Below are positions 30,236-39,078 of a DNA stretch of 64,000 bases, piece after piece. Source of the stretch: Candidatus Eiseniibacteriota bacterium (GTDB lineage: Bacteria; Eisenbacteria; RBG-16-71-46); contig CAVQXP010000002.1 of assembly GCA_963717935.1 (NCBI GenBank), positions 256,001 through 320,000 of the forward strand, read 5' to 3'. How positions within the stretch are numbered: position 1 is the first letter of the stretch; every line of letters begins with the position of its first letter. The position numbers and the translations under genes were made by a program. The notes beneath the pieces were generated by a model. It saw only the letters and a list, made by a program, of their open reading frames with translations. It made no database searches and was not told where the DNA came from.

Positions 30236-31102
30236 TTGAGCGGGACGCTGCAGGCCGTCCGGCCCGTCCGCGCCCCGGGCGAGCCGCCGCTCTTCCTGCG
30301 CGAGTTGATCGACGCGGCTCCGCGGGGCGCGCGCGTCCTGGATGCCGGCTGCGGTCCGGGGTCGTGGCCGTACGGGGACAGGCCGGACCTCCGTATCACG
30401 GCCTTCGACATCAAGTTCCCGCCTGGACCTCCGGCGAGACGTGAAGGGCTGGACGTGCTGCGGGCCGGCCTCGAGCACCTGCCGCTGCGGGCCGGGCTGT
30501 TCGATCTCGTGGTCTGCCACTACGTGCTCGAACACGTCAGCGGCCTCGACGCCTGCTGCGACGAGCTCGCGCGCGTGACGAGGCCCGGGGGCACGCTCTA
30601 CGTCTCGGTGCCGCGCGCCGCGGCCTTCGACGACCGGCTCTACCGCTTCGCCGGGATCTTCGCCAAGTACGCGCTCCTGAAGTTCCACAAGCGTCTCGAG
30701 CACCAGCAGCGCTTCGACCTGCCCGGGCTGCTCGAGCTCTTCTGCAGGCGGGGCTTCGCCGTCACCGCACACGCGTCCGTGCCCGCCGGGTTCTCGTGGA
30801 TGAACGACCCCCGCACGAAGGGGCTGCAGGGCCCGTTCACCGACGCGCTCGCGTGGCTGCACCGCGTCCTCGGGATCGACCTCGCGCGCGACGCGAACTT
30901 CGTGCTCGCCTTCCGTCGGGACGCGGCGGCGGCCGCCGTTCCCGTCCCGCCCGGGGGTGGGGAGCTGTCGGGACGGCGCCGCGTGACGCACGTCTGCCGC
31001 GAGTGCGGCGAGCACGCGCTGATCGCCGCGCGCCCGCCGTGGCCGCCGCGCTGGGACTGCCCGTGGTGCGGCAGGCCCAATCCGTTCGGGCGGCCGCGGT
31101 GA
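30236..31102 (+). CDS. Class I SAM methyltransferase with a C-terminal CxxC..CxxC zinc ribbon
   Basis: VLDAGCGPG, FDLVVCHYVLEHV, RVTRPGG; tail CRECGEH..CPWCGRPN. Start uncertain. Confidence 0.78.
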   Translation: MSGTLQAVRPVRAPGEPPLFLRELIDAAPRGARVLDAGCGPGSWPYGDRPDLRITAFDIKFPPGPPARREGLDVLRAGLEHLPLRAGLFDLVVCHYVLEHVSGLDACCDELARVTRPGGTLYVSVPRAAAFDDRLYRFAGIFAKYALLKFHKRLEHQQRFDLPGLLELFCRRGFAVTAHASVPAGFSWMNDPRTKGLQGPFTDALAWLHRVLGIDLARDANFVLAFRRDAAAAAVPVPPGGGELSGRRRVTHVCRECGEHALIAARPPWPPRWDCPWCGRPNPFGRPR

Positions 31103-31107
31103 CGCCC

Positions 31108-32562
31108 ATGCGCGAGGCGCTGAAGAAGCTCTCGGCCGAGTCGCTCATCTACGGGCTCGGCCAGGTGAGCGGGCGCGCGGTGCAGCTGCTGCTCGTGCCG
31201 GTGCTCACGCGCGTGCTGGCGCGCGGCGAGTACGGCGTCTCGGACTTGATCTTCGCCTACCTGCAGACCGCCGTGCTGGTGCTGGTCTTCGGCATGGACG
31301 GCGCGCTCGGGCGCTTCTTCTACCAGGAGCCGGACCGCGCGGCGCGCATCCGCATGGCCTCGACCTCGCTCGCCTTCCGGCTGGTGACCGGCACGCTCGT
31401 GGCGCTGCTGCTCGCGCTGTTCGCCACGCCGCTTTCGCGCGCGCTGGTGGGCTCCGACGTCTACCGCAAGTACCTGCTGCTGGGCGCGGCGACACTGCCC
31501 TTCACGCTGGTCGTGCTGTTCGCCAACGACCTGCTGCGCGTCACGTTCCAGCCGTGGAAGTTCATCGCCCTGAACCTGGCGCAGACCCTCCTCACCACGG
31601 GGCTCTCGCTCTGGCTCGTGCTGGCGAAGCACATGGGGGTCGCGGGCGTGCTCTACGGGCGGCTCGGGGGCGACGCGGCCTGCGCGCTGTTCGCGCTGGT
31701 GCTCGTCCGGCACACGATCGCGCCGCGCTTCAGCGCCGCGACGCTGCGCCGCATGCTCGGCTACGGCGCGCCGCTCGTGCCGGTGGCCATCGCCTACGGG
31801 GCGATCGCCTCCCTGGACCGCTACATGCTGCAGCGCACGAGGAGCCTCGAGGACGTGGCGGTCTACGGCGTGGCGATCAAGTTCTTCGCGCTGGTCACCA
31901 TGGCCGTGTCCGCCTTCCAGCTGGCGTACGGGCCCTTCGCCTTCGCGCGCGCGAGCTCGCCCGACGCCGGCCGGCTCTACGCGCGCGTGCTGGCCGCCTA
32001 TGTCGCGGCGGCGAGCCTGGCCGCCATGCTGGCCGGGCTGTTCGCGCCCGAGGCACTGGCCATCGTGGTGCCGCCCGCCTACGCGGGGGCGGCCGGACCC
32101 GCCGCGTTCCTGGCCTTTGCCGCGGTCGCGCAGGGTGCCTACTATGTCGTTTCCGTCGGCATCGGGCTCGCCCTCAAGACCCCGCTGCTGGGCTGGTCGG
32201 CCGGCGGCGCCGCGGTGATGGCTGCCGTCGCGAACCTGCTGCTCGCCCCGCGCCTGGGACCGCTGGGGGCGGGGATCGCCACCACGCTGGGCTACGTGAC
32301 GTCGGCGTTGCTGGCGTACGTCGTCGCGCAGCGCGTGCATCCCGTGCCGTTCCGCGGCCTGCGCCTGGCCCTGACGTTCGCGCTGGCGCTGGCGCTCACG
32401 GTGGCGGGGCAGTGGCTGGCGCCGCCGGGCGGGAGCGGAGTCGTGGTGAAGCTGCTGATCGCGCTGGTCTTCGCGGTCACGGTGTGGCGGCTCGGATTGT
32501 TGCGGGACCGCGGGGCGGTGGCGCGCGCGAAGGACGCGCGCGAAGTCCCGGCCGGGACCTGA
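31108..32562 (+). CDS. Wzx/MOP oligosaccharide flippase
   Basis: SLIYGLG..LLVPVLTRVL..EYG, YGAPL, DRYML, VAVYG; 12-14 TM segments. Confidence 0.88.
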   Translation: MREALKKLSAESLIYGLGQVSGRAVQLLLVPVLTRVLARGEYGVSDLIFAYLQTAVLVLVFGMDGALGRFFYQEPDRAARIRMASTSLAFRLVTGTLVALLLALFATPLSRALVGSDVYRKYLLLGAATLPFTLVVLFANDLLRVTFQPWKFIALNLAQTLLTTGLSLWLVLAKHMGVAGVLYGRLGGDAACALFALVLVRHTIAPRFSAATLRRMLGYGAPLVPVAIAYGAIASLDRYMLQRTRSLEDVAVYGVAIKFFALVTMAVSAFQLAYGPFAFARASSPDAGRLYARVLAAYVAAASLAAMLAGLFAPEALAIVVPPAYAGAAGPAAFLAFAAVAQGAYYVVSVGIGLALKTPLLGWSAGGAAVMAAVANLLLAPRLGPLGAGIATTLGYVTSALLAYVVAQRVHPVPFRGLRLALTFALALALTVAGQWLAPPGGSGVVVKLLIALVFAVTVWRLGLLRDRGAVARAKDAREVPAGT

Positions 32563-32581
32563 GTCGAAAGGACACGGGAGC

Positions 32582-34682
32582 ATGTGCGGGATCGCGGGAC
32601 TCTGGGACCGGGACGGGCGCGCCGACCTCGGCCGGCTGCACCTGATGTCGGGGCTGATGCGCCACCGCGGTCCCGACGACGAGGGCACGGTGCTCCTCGA
32701 TCCGGCGGGTGGCTTCGCCTGCCTCGGCGGGGCCGACACGCCGCGCGAGGTGTTCACGAGTGGCCTGCCCTTCGCGCCCGGTGCGAGGCGGCTCCACCCG
32801 GGACGCCGCGAGCTTCACCGTCGGTCTGCTCCACCGCCGGCTCTCGATCGTGGACCTGAGCCCCTCCGGGCACCAGCCGATGTGCGACCCCGCAGGCCGG
32901 CACTGGATCGTCTTCAACGGCGAGGTCTACAACTTCGTCGAGTTGCGCCACGAGCTCGAGGGCCTGGGCGAGACGTTCCACGGCACCAGCGACACCGAGG
33001 TGATCCTCGCCGCCTACCGGCGCTGGGGCCGCGAGTGCCTCGCGCGCTTCAACGGCATGTTCGCCCTGGCACTCTGGGACGGCGAGCGGCGCGAGCTGTT
33101 CTGCGCCCGCGACCGCTTCGGCGTGAAACCGTTCTACTTCCAGTGGGACGGGCGGCGCTTCGCCTTCGCCTCGGAGCCCGAGGCGCTGGCGCTCACGCAG
33201 GAGCGCCGCGTCGCGCCGCGGCTCGAGGCCATCCGGGACCTGCTGGCGCTCGACTGGGTGGACCACGATGCCCGCACGTTCTTCGAGGGGCTCATGAGCC
33301 TGCCGGCGGCGCACCACCTCGTGGTGGGGGAGCGTGGCCTTGCGGTCGAACGCTGGTGGTCGCTGAAGCCGGGGCGTGCGCCCGGAGACGGCGGGCAGCA
33401 GACGCGCGAGTTCGCGCGGCTCTTCACCGACGCCGTGCGCCTGCGGCTGCGCGCGGACGTCGAGGTGGGTTCGTGCCTCTCGGGCGGGCTCGATTCGAGC
33501 GCGGTCGTGACCACCGCCTCGCGGCTGCTGCCGCACCCGATGCACGCCTTCACCTGCGCCTACGACGAGGGCCCGGAGTTCGACGAGCGCGCCTGGATGC
33601 GCGCGACCGTCGAGGCGAGCGGCGCGCACTCGCACGTGGTCGTGCCGGACGGTGGGGATTTCTGGGCGACGTTCGACCGCCTCGGGGCGCGCCAGGGCGA
33701 GCCCACGGCCGGGCCGGGGCTCTTCTCGCAGTGGAAGGTGATGGAGCTGGCGCACGCGCACGGGCTCAAGGTGCTGCTCGACGGCCAGGGTGGCGACGAG
33801 ACGCTGGCGGGCTACTTCCGCTACCTGCCGGTGCGGCTGCACGACCTGGTCGCGCGTGGCGACCTGGCGGGCTTCCTGCGCCTGCTGCCGAAGGTGGCGC
33901 GCCGCCTCGGTCCGAGCACGACGCTCGCGCTGACGTTCGAGCCCTGGCTGCCCCCGGGGCTGATCGCTCCGCTGCGGCGCCGCTTCGGACAGGGCAAGGA
34001 CCGGGTGCTCACGCGCGCTCTCCGGGGGCTGCCCCGGCCGGATCTCCCGCGGCCGCCGCGCGGCTTCCCGAGCGCGCTCTCACGCCAGCTCGCCTTCGAC
34101 ACGCTGCAGCGGCTGCTGCCCTCGCTGCTGCGCTACGAGGACCGCGATTCGATGGCCTTCTCGATCGAGACGCGGCTGCCCTTCCTCGACTACCGGCTGG
34201 TCGAATTCGCCTTCTCGCTGCCCGACGCGATGCGACTCGATGGCGACGTGACCAAGGCCGTGCTGAGACGTGCGCTGGCCGACCGCATCCCTCCCGCGGT
34301 GCTGGCGCGGCGCGACAAGAAGGGCTTCGAGACCCCCGTCGACCTGTGGCTGCGCGGGCGCTACGCCGGCGAGGCGCGCCGCCGCCTGCTGACCCCCGGG
34401 CCGCTGCACGAGTGGCTGGACCGCGACGTGCTCGCCGCCGAGCTCGGAGACTTCCTCGCGGGACGCAGGGCCACCGGGCTGCAGGTCTGGCGCTGGCTCT
34501 CGCTCGAGGCCTGGGCGCGGCGCTGGGTGGCCGGCGACCCGCGGCTCGGTCTGCCGCCCGAGGTCGAGGTGCACGCGGGCGCGCACCGCTCCTACGTGGA
34601 GCGGGCCCGTGAGCTGCGGCCGGCCGTGCGCGGCCCGAGGCGCGGGAGCGCCGCCAGGGGCATGGGCCCGGGGGTGGCCTGA
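32582..34682 (+). CDS. asnB: Asparagine-synthase-like Ntn amidotransferase (apparent +1 frameshift ~32770-32810)
   Basis: MCGIAG..HRGPDDEG in one frame; HRRLSIVDL..HQPM, FNGEVYN, SDTEV, RDRFGVKP, LSGGLDSS, DGQGGDE, RLPFLD in the next. Confidence 0.88.
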
Positions 34683-35830
34683 TGGACCTGCTCGTCCTCT
34701 CCGAGGTGCGCTGGGGCTACTTCCGCACCCGGAAGCAGTTCCTGCTGTCGCGCTTCCCGGAGCGCTGGCGCGTGTTCTTCGCGCAGCCCCCGGCGGTCCG
34801 GGGCGATGACCCCTGGGAGCCGCGGCGGGAGGGGAACGTCACCTATTTCACCGTCCCGTTCCTCAAGCCGGGCACCACGAGCCCGCTCTACAACGGGGTG
34901 GCGTCCCTGGCGCCGGGGCGGGCGCTGATCGAGGCGGCGGCCGGCCGGTACCTGGGTCGCATGCTGCGGCGCCTCGGGGTCGAGCCCCGGCCGGTGGTGA
35001 TGACCTCGAACATCTACTGCGCCCGCATCCTTTCACGGCTCCCACGGAAGTTGCTATTCTACGACTTCAACGATTCTCCGTTTCAGTTCGCCGCAGCCCC
35101 GGCCTGGGCCCGCGGTTACTGGCAGCGCACCCTGGCCGAAGTGGACGCCCTCTTCGTGGTCTCCGAGTACTACCGGCGCGAGTTGAGCAGCCAGACGGAC
35201 CGGCCCCTGGTCCTGCTGGGGAACGGGGTCGAGCACGCCCGCTTCGCCGCGTCGCGCGAGGTGCCGCCCGAGCTGGCCGCCCTGCCGCGCCCGCGCATCG
35301 GCTACCTGGGGCTGCTCTCGCACTTCCTCGATTTCGAGCTGCTTGAGGCGCTGCGCCGCGCGCGACGCGGGGGCACGCTCGTGCTCGTCGGCCCGGGCGA
35401 CCCGGCGACCGACGCGCAGGTGCGCGCCCTCGCCGCGCGCGAGGGCGTGGCCCTGCTGGGACCCAGACCCTACGAAGACGTGCCGGCCTGGCTGCAGGGG
35501 CTCGATCTGGGCGTGATCCCCTTCCGCGCCGCACTGCCGCACGTGCAGGGCATCAACCCGAACAAGGTCTACCAGTACCTGGCGGCGGGACTGCCGGTCG
35601 TCACCACGCCGGTGCTCGACCTCGAGCCCGCGCCGCCGCGGTTGCAGTTCGCCGCCAGCGCCCCGGAGTGGGAGCAGGCGGTCGCGCGGGCGCTGGACGC
35701 GCCGCGCGACCCTGGCGCGAGCCGGCGGCTCGCGCTCCCGTTCGACTGGGACCGTCTGGCCGGCCGCATGGTCGATGAGATCGAACGGCGAGTGGCAAGC
35801 CCGGCCGGGGGCCGGGCCCCGCAGCCCTGA
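34682..35830 (+). CDS. GT-B glycosyltransferase (GT4-like, TuaH-like)
   Basis: RTRKQFL, YDFND, GNGV, DLGVIPF, NPNKVYQYLAAGLPVV. Confidence 0.85.
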   Translation: MDLLVLSEVRWGYFRTRKQFLLSRFPERWRVFFAQPPAVRGDDPWEPRREGNVTYFTVPFLKPGTTSPLYNGVASLAPGRALIEAAAGRYLGRMLRRLGVEPRPVVMTSNIYCARILSRLPRKLLFYDFNDSPFQFAAAPAWARGYWQRTLAEVDALFVVSEYYRRELSSQTDRPLVLLGNGVEHARFAASREVPPELAALPRPRIGYLGLLSHFLDFELLEALRRARRGGTLVLVGPGDPATDAQVRALAAREGVALLGPRPYEDVPAWLQGLDLGVIPFRAALPHVQGINPNKVYQYLAAGLPVVTTPVLDLEPAPPRLQFAASAPEWEQAVARALDAPRDPGASRRLALPFDWDRLAGRMVDEIERRVASPAGGRAPQP

Positions 35831-35864
35831 GGCGCTTTCGTCCACCACCATCCACGGGGAGAGC

Positions 35865-38357
35865 ATGACCGACCGCAAGTCCGCCCGCCGTGATGTCCAG
35901 AAATCCGCGCGTCCCGCGGCCCCCAGGGCCGGGCGCCCCTTCACCCTGACCGCCCGGTGGGCGGCCGTCATCCTGGGCCTGCTGACGGTCGTGTTCTTCC
36001 ACCAGTTGGTGCTCGACGGCAAGACGTTCGTCTCGCCCGATGCCATGAACCCGGTCGGCTTCGTGCGGATCGGCGAGCAGTCGCTCTACCAGGAACACGT
36101 CTACCCGCTCTGGAATCCCTACGTGTTCCTCGGCATGCCCTCGTTCGCAAGCGGCGCGTACAACCCGCTCATCTACCCGCCCGACTGGCCGCTGACACTC
36201 GTCCACAAGGTGGTGCCGCTGCCGGACATGACCTGGATGCTCCTCTACTACTTCCTGGGCGGCCTGTTCATGTTCTACCTGGCCCGCGAGCTGGGGGCCC
36301 GCGCCGAGGGGGCGCTGCTGGCCGCCGTGGCCTTCGTCTTCGCCCCCAATCTGGTGGCCGTGGGCTCCCACGGTCACGGCAGCCAGCTGGTGGACTCGGC
36401 CTACCTGCCGCTGATGCTGTGGCTGACCGTGCGCTGGCTGAGACGCGGCGGGTTGCATCACCTGGCCTGGCTCGCGCTGGCCGGCGGCTTCCAGCTGCTC
36501 CGGGCGCACGTGCAGATCTGCTTCTACACCTGGATCGCCATCGCGCTCTACCTCGTGGTCGAGTGGGTGGCGGCGCTCGTGAAGCGGCGCGGCGACCTGC
36601 TGCCACTCACGCTCCGCGCAGCCGGCATCGCCCTGGCCGCGGGGCTCGCCTTCGGCATCGCGGGTTTCTACAACCTGCCGCTGCAGGACTACGCGCGCTA
36701 CTCGATCCGCGGGGGCGGAGCAGGCGGCGGCGTCGGCATGGATTACGCGACGGCCTGGTCCATGGCGCCCTACGAGCTGCCCTCGCTCCTGGTGCCGGGC
36801 TGGGCGGGCTTCGGCGGCGCGACCTACTGGGGCGGGATGCCCTTCACCGATTACCCGAACATCTATCTCGGCGTCGTGGCCGTGCTGCTCGCCATCCCGG
36901 CGTTCCTCGCCGGTGGCGCGCCCCGCGTCTTCGCGCTGGTGCTGGCCGGGCTCTCGCTCGTCGTCGCCTTCGGGCGCTACTTCCCAGTCTACGGCTTCCT
37001 CTACGACCACCTGCCGCTCTTCAACAAGTTCCGCGTGCCGGTGATGGTCATCCTCCTGTTCCAGCTGGCGGTCGCGCTCGGCACGGCCTGGGGCTGGAGC
37101 GCGATCCTGCCGGGCGGTGACCCCGGGGTGGCCGAGCCGCGCGTGCGGGCGCGCCGCGTCGGGAACGTGCTCATCGTGCTCGCGAGCGTGCTGGCGCTGG
37201 CGCTGGTGGTGGGCGTGATGGGGCAGGGCCTGTGGCGCGAGGCGTACATCAAGATGGCGCTGGCCCTGAAGGGCGGCATGGTGATGGGCTCGTCCCGGGG
37301 ACCCACGAGCTTCTCGGCCCAGGACGCCGCGGTCGCCTGGCAGGGCTTCGTCTCGGGTCTCGGGCGCGCCTGCCTGCTGGGATTGCTCGCCGTCGGCGTG
37401 GCGTGGTTCGCGCGCCGGGGCCGGCTCCCGGCGCTGGTCGCCACGGGCGGAGTGCTCGTGCTGCTGCTCTTCGAGTTGTGGCCGGTGAGCGCGCGCGTGA
37501 TGGAGCCGACCATCGGGGAGGTGAGCCGGCGCACGCTGTACGGCAGGCGCGACGGCGTGATCGAGTTCCTGGAGAAGGTCGGGCCGCCGGGCACGTTCCG
37601 CATCCTGACGCCCGATGATCCGCTCGCCACCCGCTTCGCCGGCTACGGCATCTCGTCGATCGGCGGCATGCATGCGGCCAAGCCGCGGCTCTTCCAGGAC
37701 TTCGCCGACCTGGGCGCGCAGATGAACCTGGACTTCATGCGCCTGTTGAACGTGCGCTACCTGGTGACCGAGCGGGAGCTTCCGAACGCGCCGCGCTTCG
37801 TCCATCTCGTGTACGGGGAAGGCGGCATGTTCGTCTACGACAACACCTCGGCCCTGCCGCGCGCGACGCTGGTGGACCACTACGAGGTGATCCAGCCGGC
37901 GAAGGCCATCCTCGACTCGATCCGCTTCGGCACGCGCAACATGGCGGATTTCTCCTACCTCGAGCAGGACCCCGGCCTCGAGCTCGGGCCCACCGCGGGC
38001 GGGCAGGTACGGATCGCCTCGTACCGGCTGAACGACGTGACGGTGGAGGTGGAGACCCCCGGCCCCGCGCTGCTCCGGCTCGCGGATCTCTGGTACCCGG
38101 ACTGGACCGCGCGGGTGGACGGCAAGCTCACGCCGATCCTCAAGGCCGACTACCTGCTGCGCGCCGTGCACGTCCCGGCCGGGCGGCACCGCGTCGAGTT
38201 CCGCTTCGAGTCGCCGGCCATGATGCGGGGGCTGCTGCTGTCGCTCCTGAGCCTGCTGGTGGTGCTGGGCGGGCTCGCCTGGTCGTGGTGGAGGGGGCGG
38301 GGGCCGGGGGCCGCGGGCAGGGTGGCGCGGCCTGAGGCCCGCGAGGAGGTCGCGTAA
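35865..38357 (+). CDS. YfhO-family GT-C membrane protein
   Basis: YPLWNPYVFLGMP, GHGSQ, HVQICFY, YSIRG, YWGGMPFT, FNKFRVP, LNVRY, WYPDWTARVDG..RAVHVPAGRHRVEFRF. Confidence 0.9.
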   Translation: MTDRKSARRDVQKSARPAAPRAGRPFTLTARWAAVILGLLTVVFFHQLVLDGKTFVSPDAMNPVGFVRIGEQSLYQEHVYPLWNPYVFLGMPSFASGAYNPLIYPPDWPLTLVHKVVPLPDMTWMLLYYFLGGLFMFYLARELGARAEGALLAAVAFVFAPNLVAVGSHGHGSQLVDSAYLPLMLWLTVRWLRRGGLHHLAWLALAGGFQLLRAHVQICFYTWIAIALYLVVEWVAALVKRRGDLLPLTLRAAGIALAAGLAFGIAGFYNLPLQDYARYSIRGGGAGGGVGMDYATAWSMAPYELPSLLVPGWAGFGGATYWGGMPFTDYPNIYLGVVAVLLAIPAFLAGGAPRVFALVLAGLSLVVAFGRYFPVYGFLYDHLPLFNKFRVPVMVILLFQLAVALGTAWGWSAILPGGDPGVAEPRVRARRVGNVLIVLASVLALALVVGVMGQGLWREAYIKMALALKGGMVMGSSRGPTSFSAQDAAVAWQGFVSGLGRACLLGLLAVGVAWFARRGRLPALVATGGVLVLLLFELWPVSARVMEPTIGEVSRRTLYGRRDGVIEFLEKVGPPGTFRILTPDDPLATRFAGYGISSIGGMHAAKPRLFQDFADLGAQMNLDFMRLLNVRYLVTERELPNAPRFVHLVYGEGGMFVYDNTSALPRATLVDHYEVIQPAKAILDSIRFGTRNMADFSYLEQDPGLELGPTAGGQVRIASYRLNDVTVEVETPGPALLRLADLWYPDWTARVDGKLTPILKADYLLRAVHVPAGRHRVEFRFESPAMMRGLLLSLLSLLVVLGGLAWSWWRGRGPGAAGRVARPEAREEVA

Positions 38358-38358
38358 G

Positions 38359-39078
38359 GTGGAGAAGCTGGTCATCATCCCGACCTACAACGAGCGCGAG
38401 AACATCGGCGAGATGCTCGGGCGCCTGCTCGGGTTGTCGTGCGCGGTGGACGTGCTCGTGGTGGACGACGGTTCGCCCGATGGCACGGCCGACGTGGTCC
38501 GGGCGTGGATGGAGAACGAGCCGCGCATCCACCTGCTCGAGCGCCCGGGCAAGCTCGGCCTGGGCTCGGCCTACCGGGACGGCTTCCGCTACGCGCTCGA
38601 GCACGGGGCCGAGTTCATCTTCGAGATGGACGCCGATTTCTCGCACGACCCGGCCGTCATCCCGCGGTTCCTCGAGGCCGCCAGGGACGCGGACCTGGTC
38701 CTGGGCTCCCGCTACCTCGACGGCAAGGTCACGGTGGTGAACTGGCCGCTCGACCGCCTCATCCTCTCGTACCTGGCGAACCTCTACAGCCGGGTCATCA
38801 CCGGCCTGCCGGTGTACGACGCGACCGGCGGGTTCAAGTGCTTCCGCCGCAGGGCGCTCGAGGCCGTCAGGCTCGACAGGGTCGCCTCCGACGGCTACGC
38901 TTTCCAGATCGAGATGAGCTTCAAGTGCTGGAAGAAGGGGTTCCGCATCCGCGAGATCCCCATCATCTTCACGGATCGCCGCGCCGGCGTGTCCAAGATG
39001 AACCGGCGCATCATCTGGGAAGCCGTGGGCCTGGTGTGGCGCCTGCGCTTCTCGTCCATGCTCGGTCGCGTCGAATGA
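38359..39078 (+). CDS. Polyprenol monophosphomannose synthase (Ppm1/DPM1-like GT2)
   Basis: IIPTYNERENI, DDGSPDGT, KLGLGSAY, EMDADFSHDP, DATGGFKCFRR, GYAFQIE, FTDRRAGVSKM. Confidence 0.92.
   Translation: MEKLVIIPTYNERENIGEMLGRLLGLSCAVDVLVVDDGSPDGTADVVRAWMENEPRIHLLERPGKLGLGSAYRDGFRYALEHGAEFIFEMDADFSHDPAVIPRFLEAARDADLVLGSRYLDGKVTVVNWPLDRLILSYLANLYSRVITGLPVYDATGGFKCFRRRALEAVRLDRVASDGYAFQIEMSFKCWKKGFRIREIPIIFTDRRAGVSKMNRRIIWEAVGLVWRLRFSSMLGRVE

Noticed and set aside
32582..34682. Housekeeping asparagine synthetase or lasso-peptide cyclase
   Set aside because: Intact N-terminal Cys glutaminase domain, no precursor or peptidase genes, and a Wzx/GT context favour glycan amidation.
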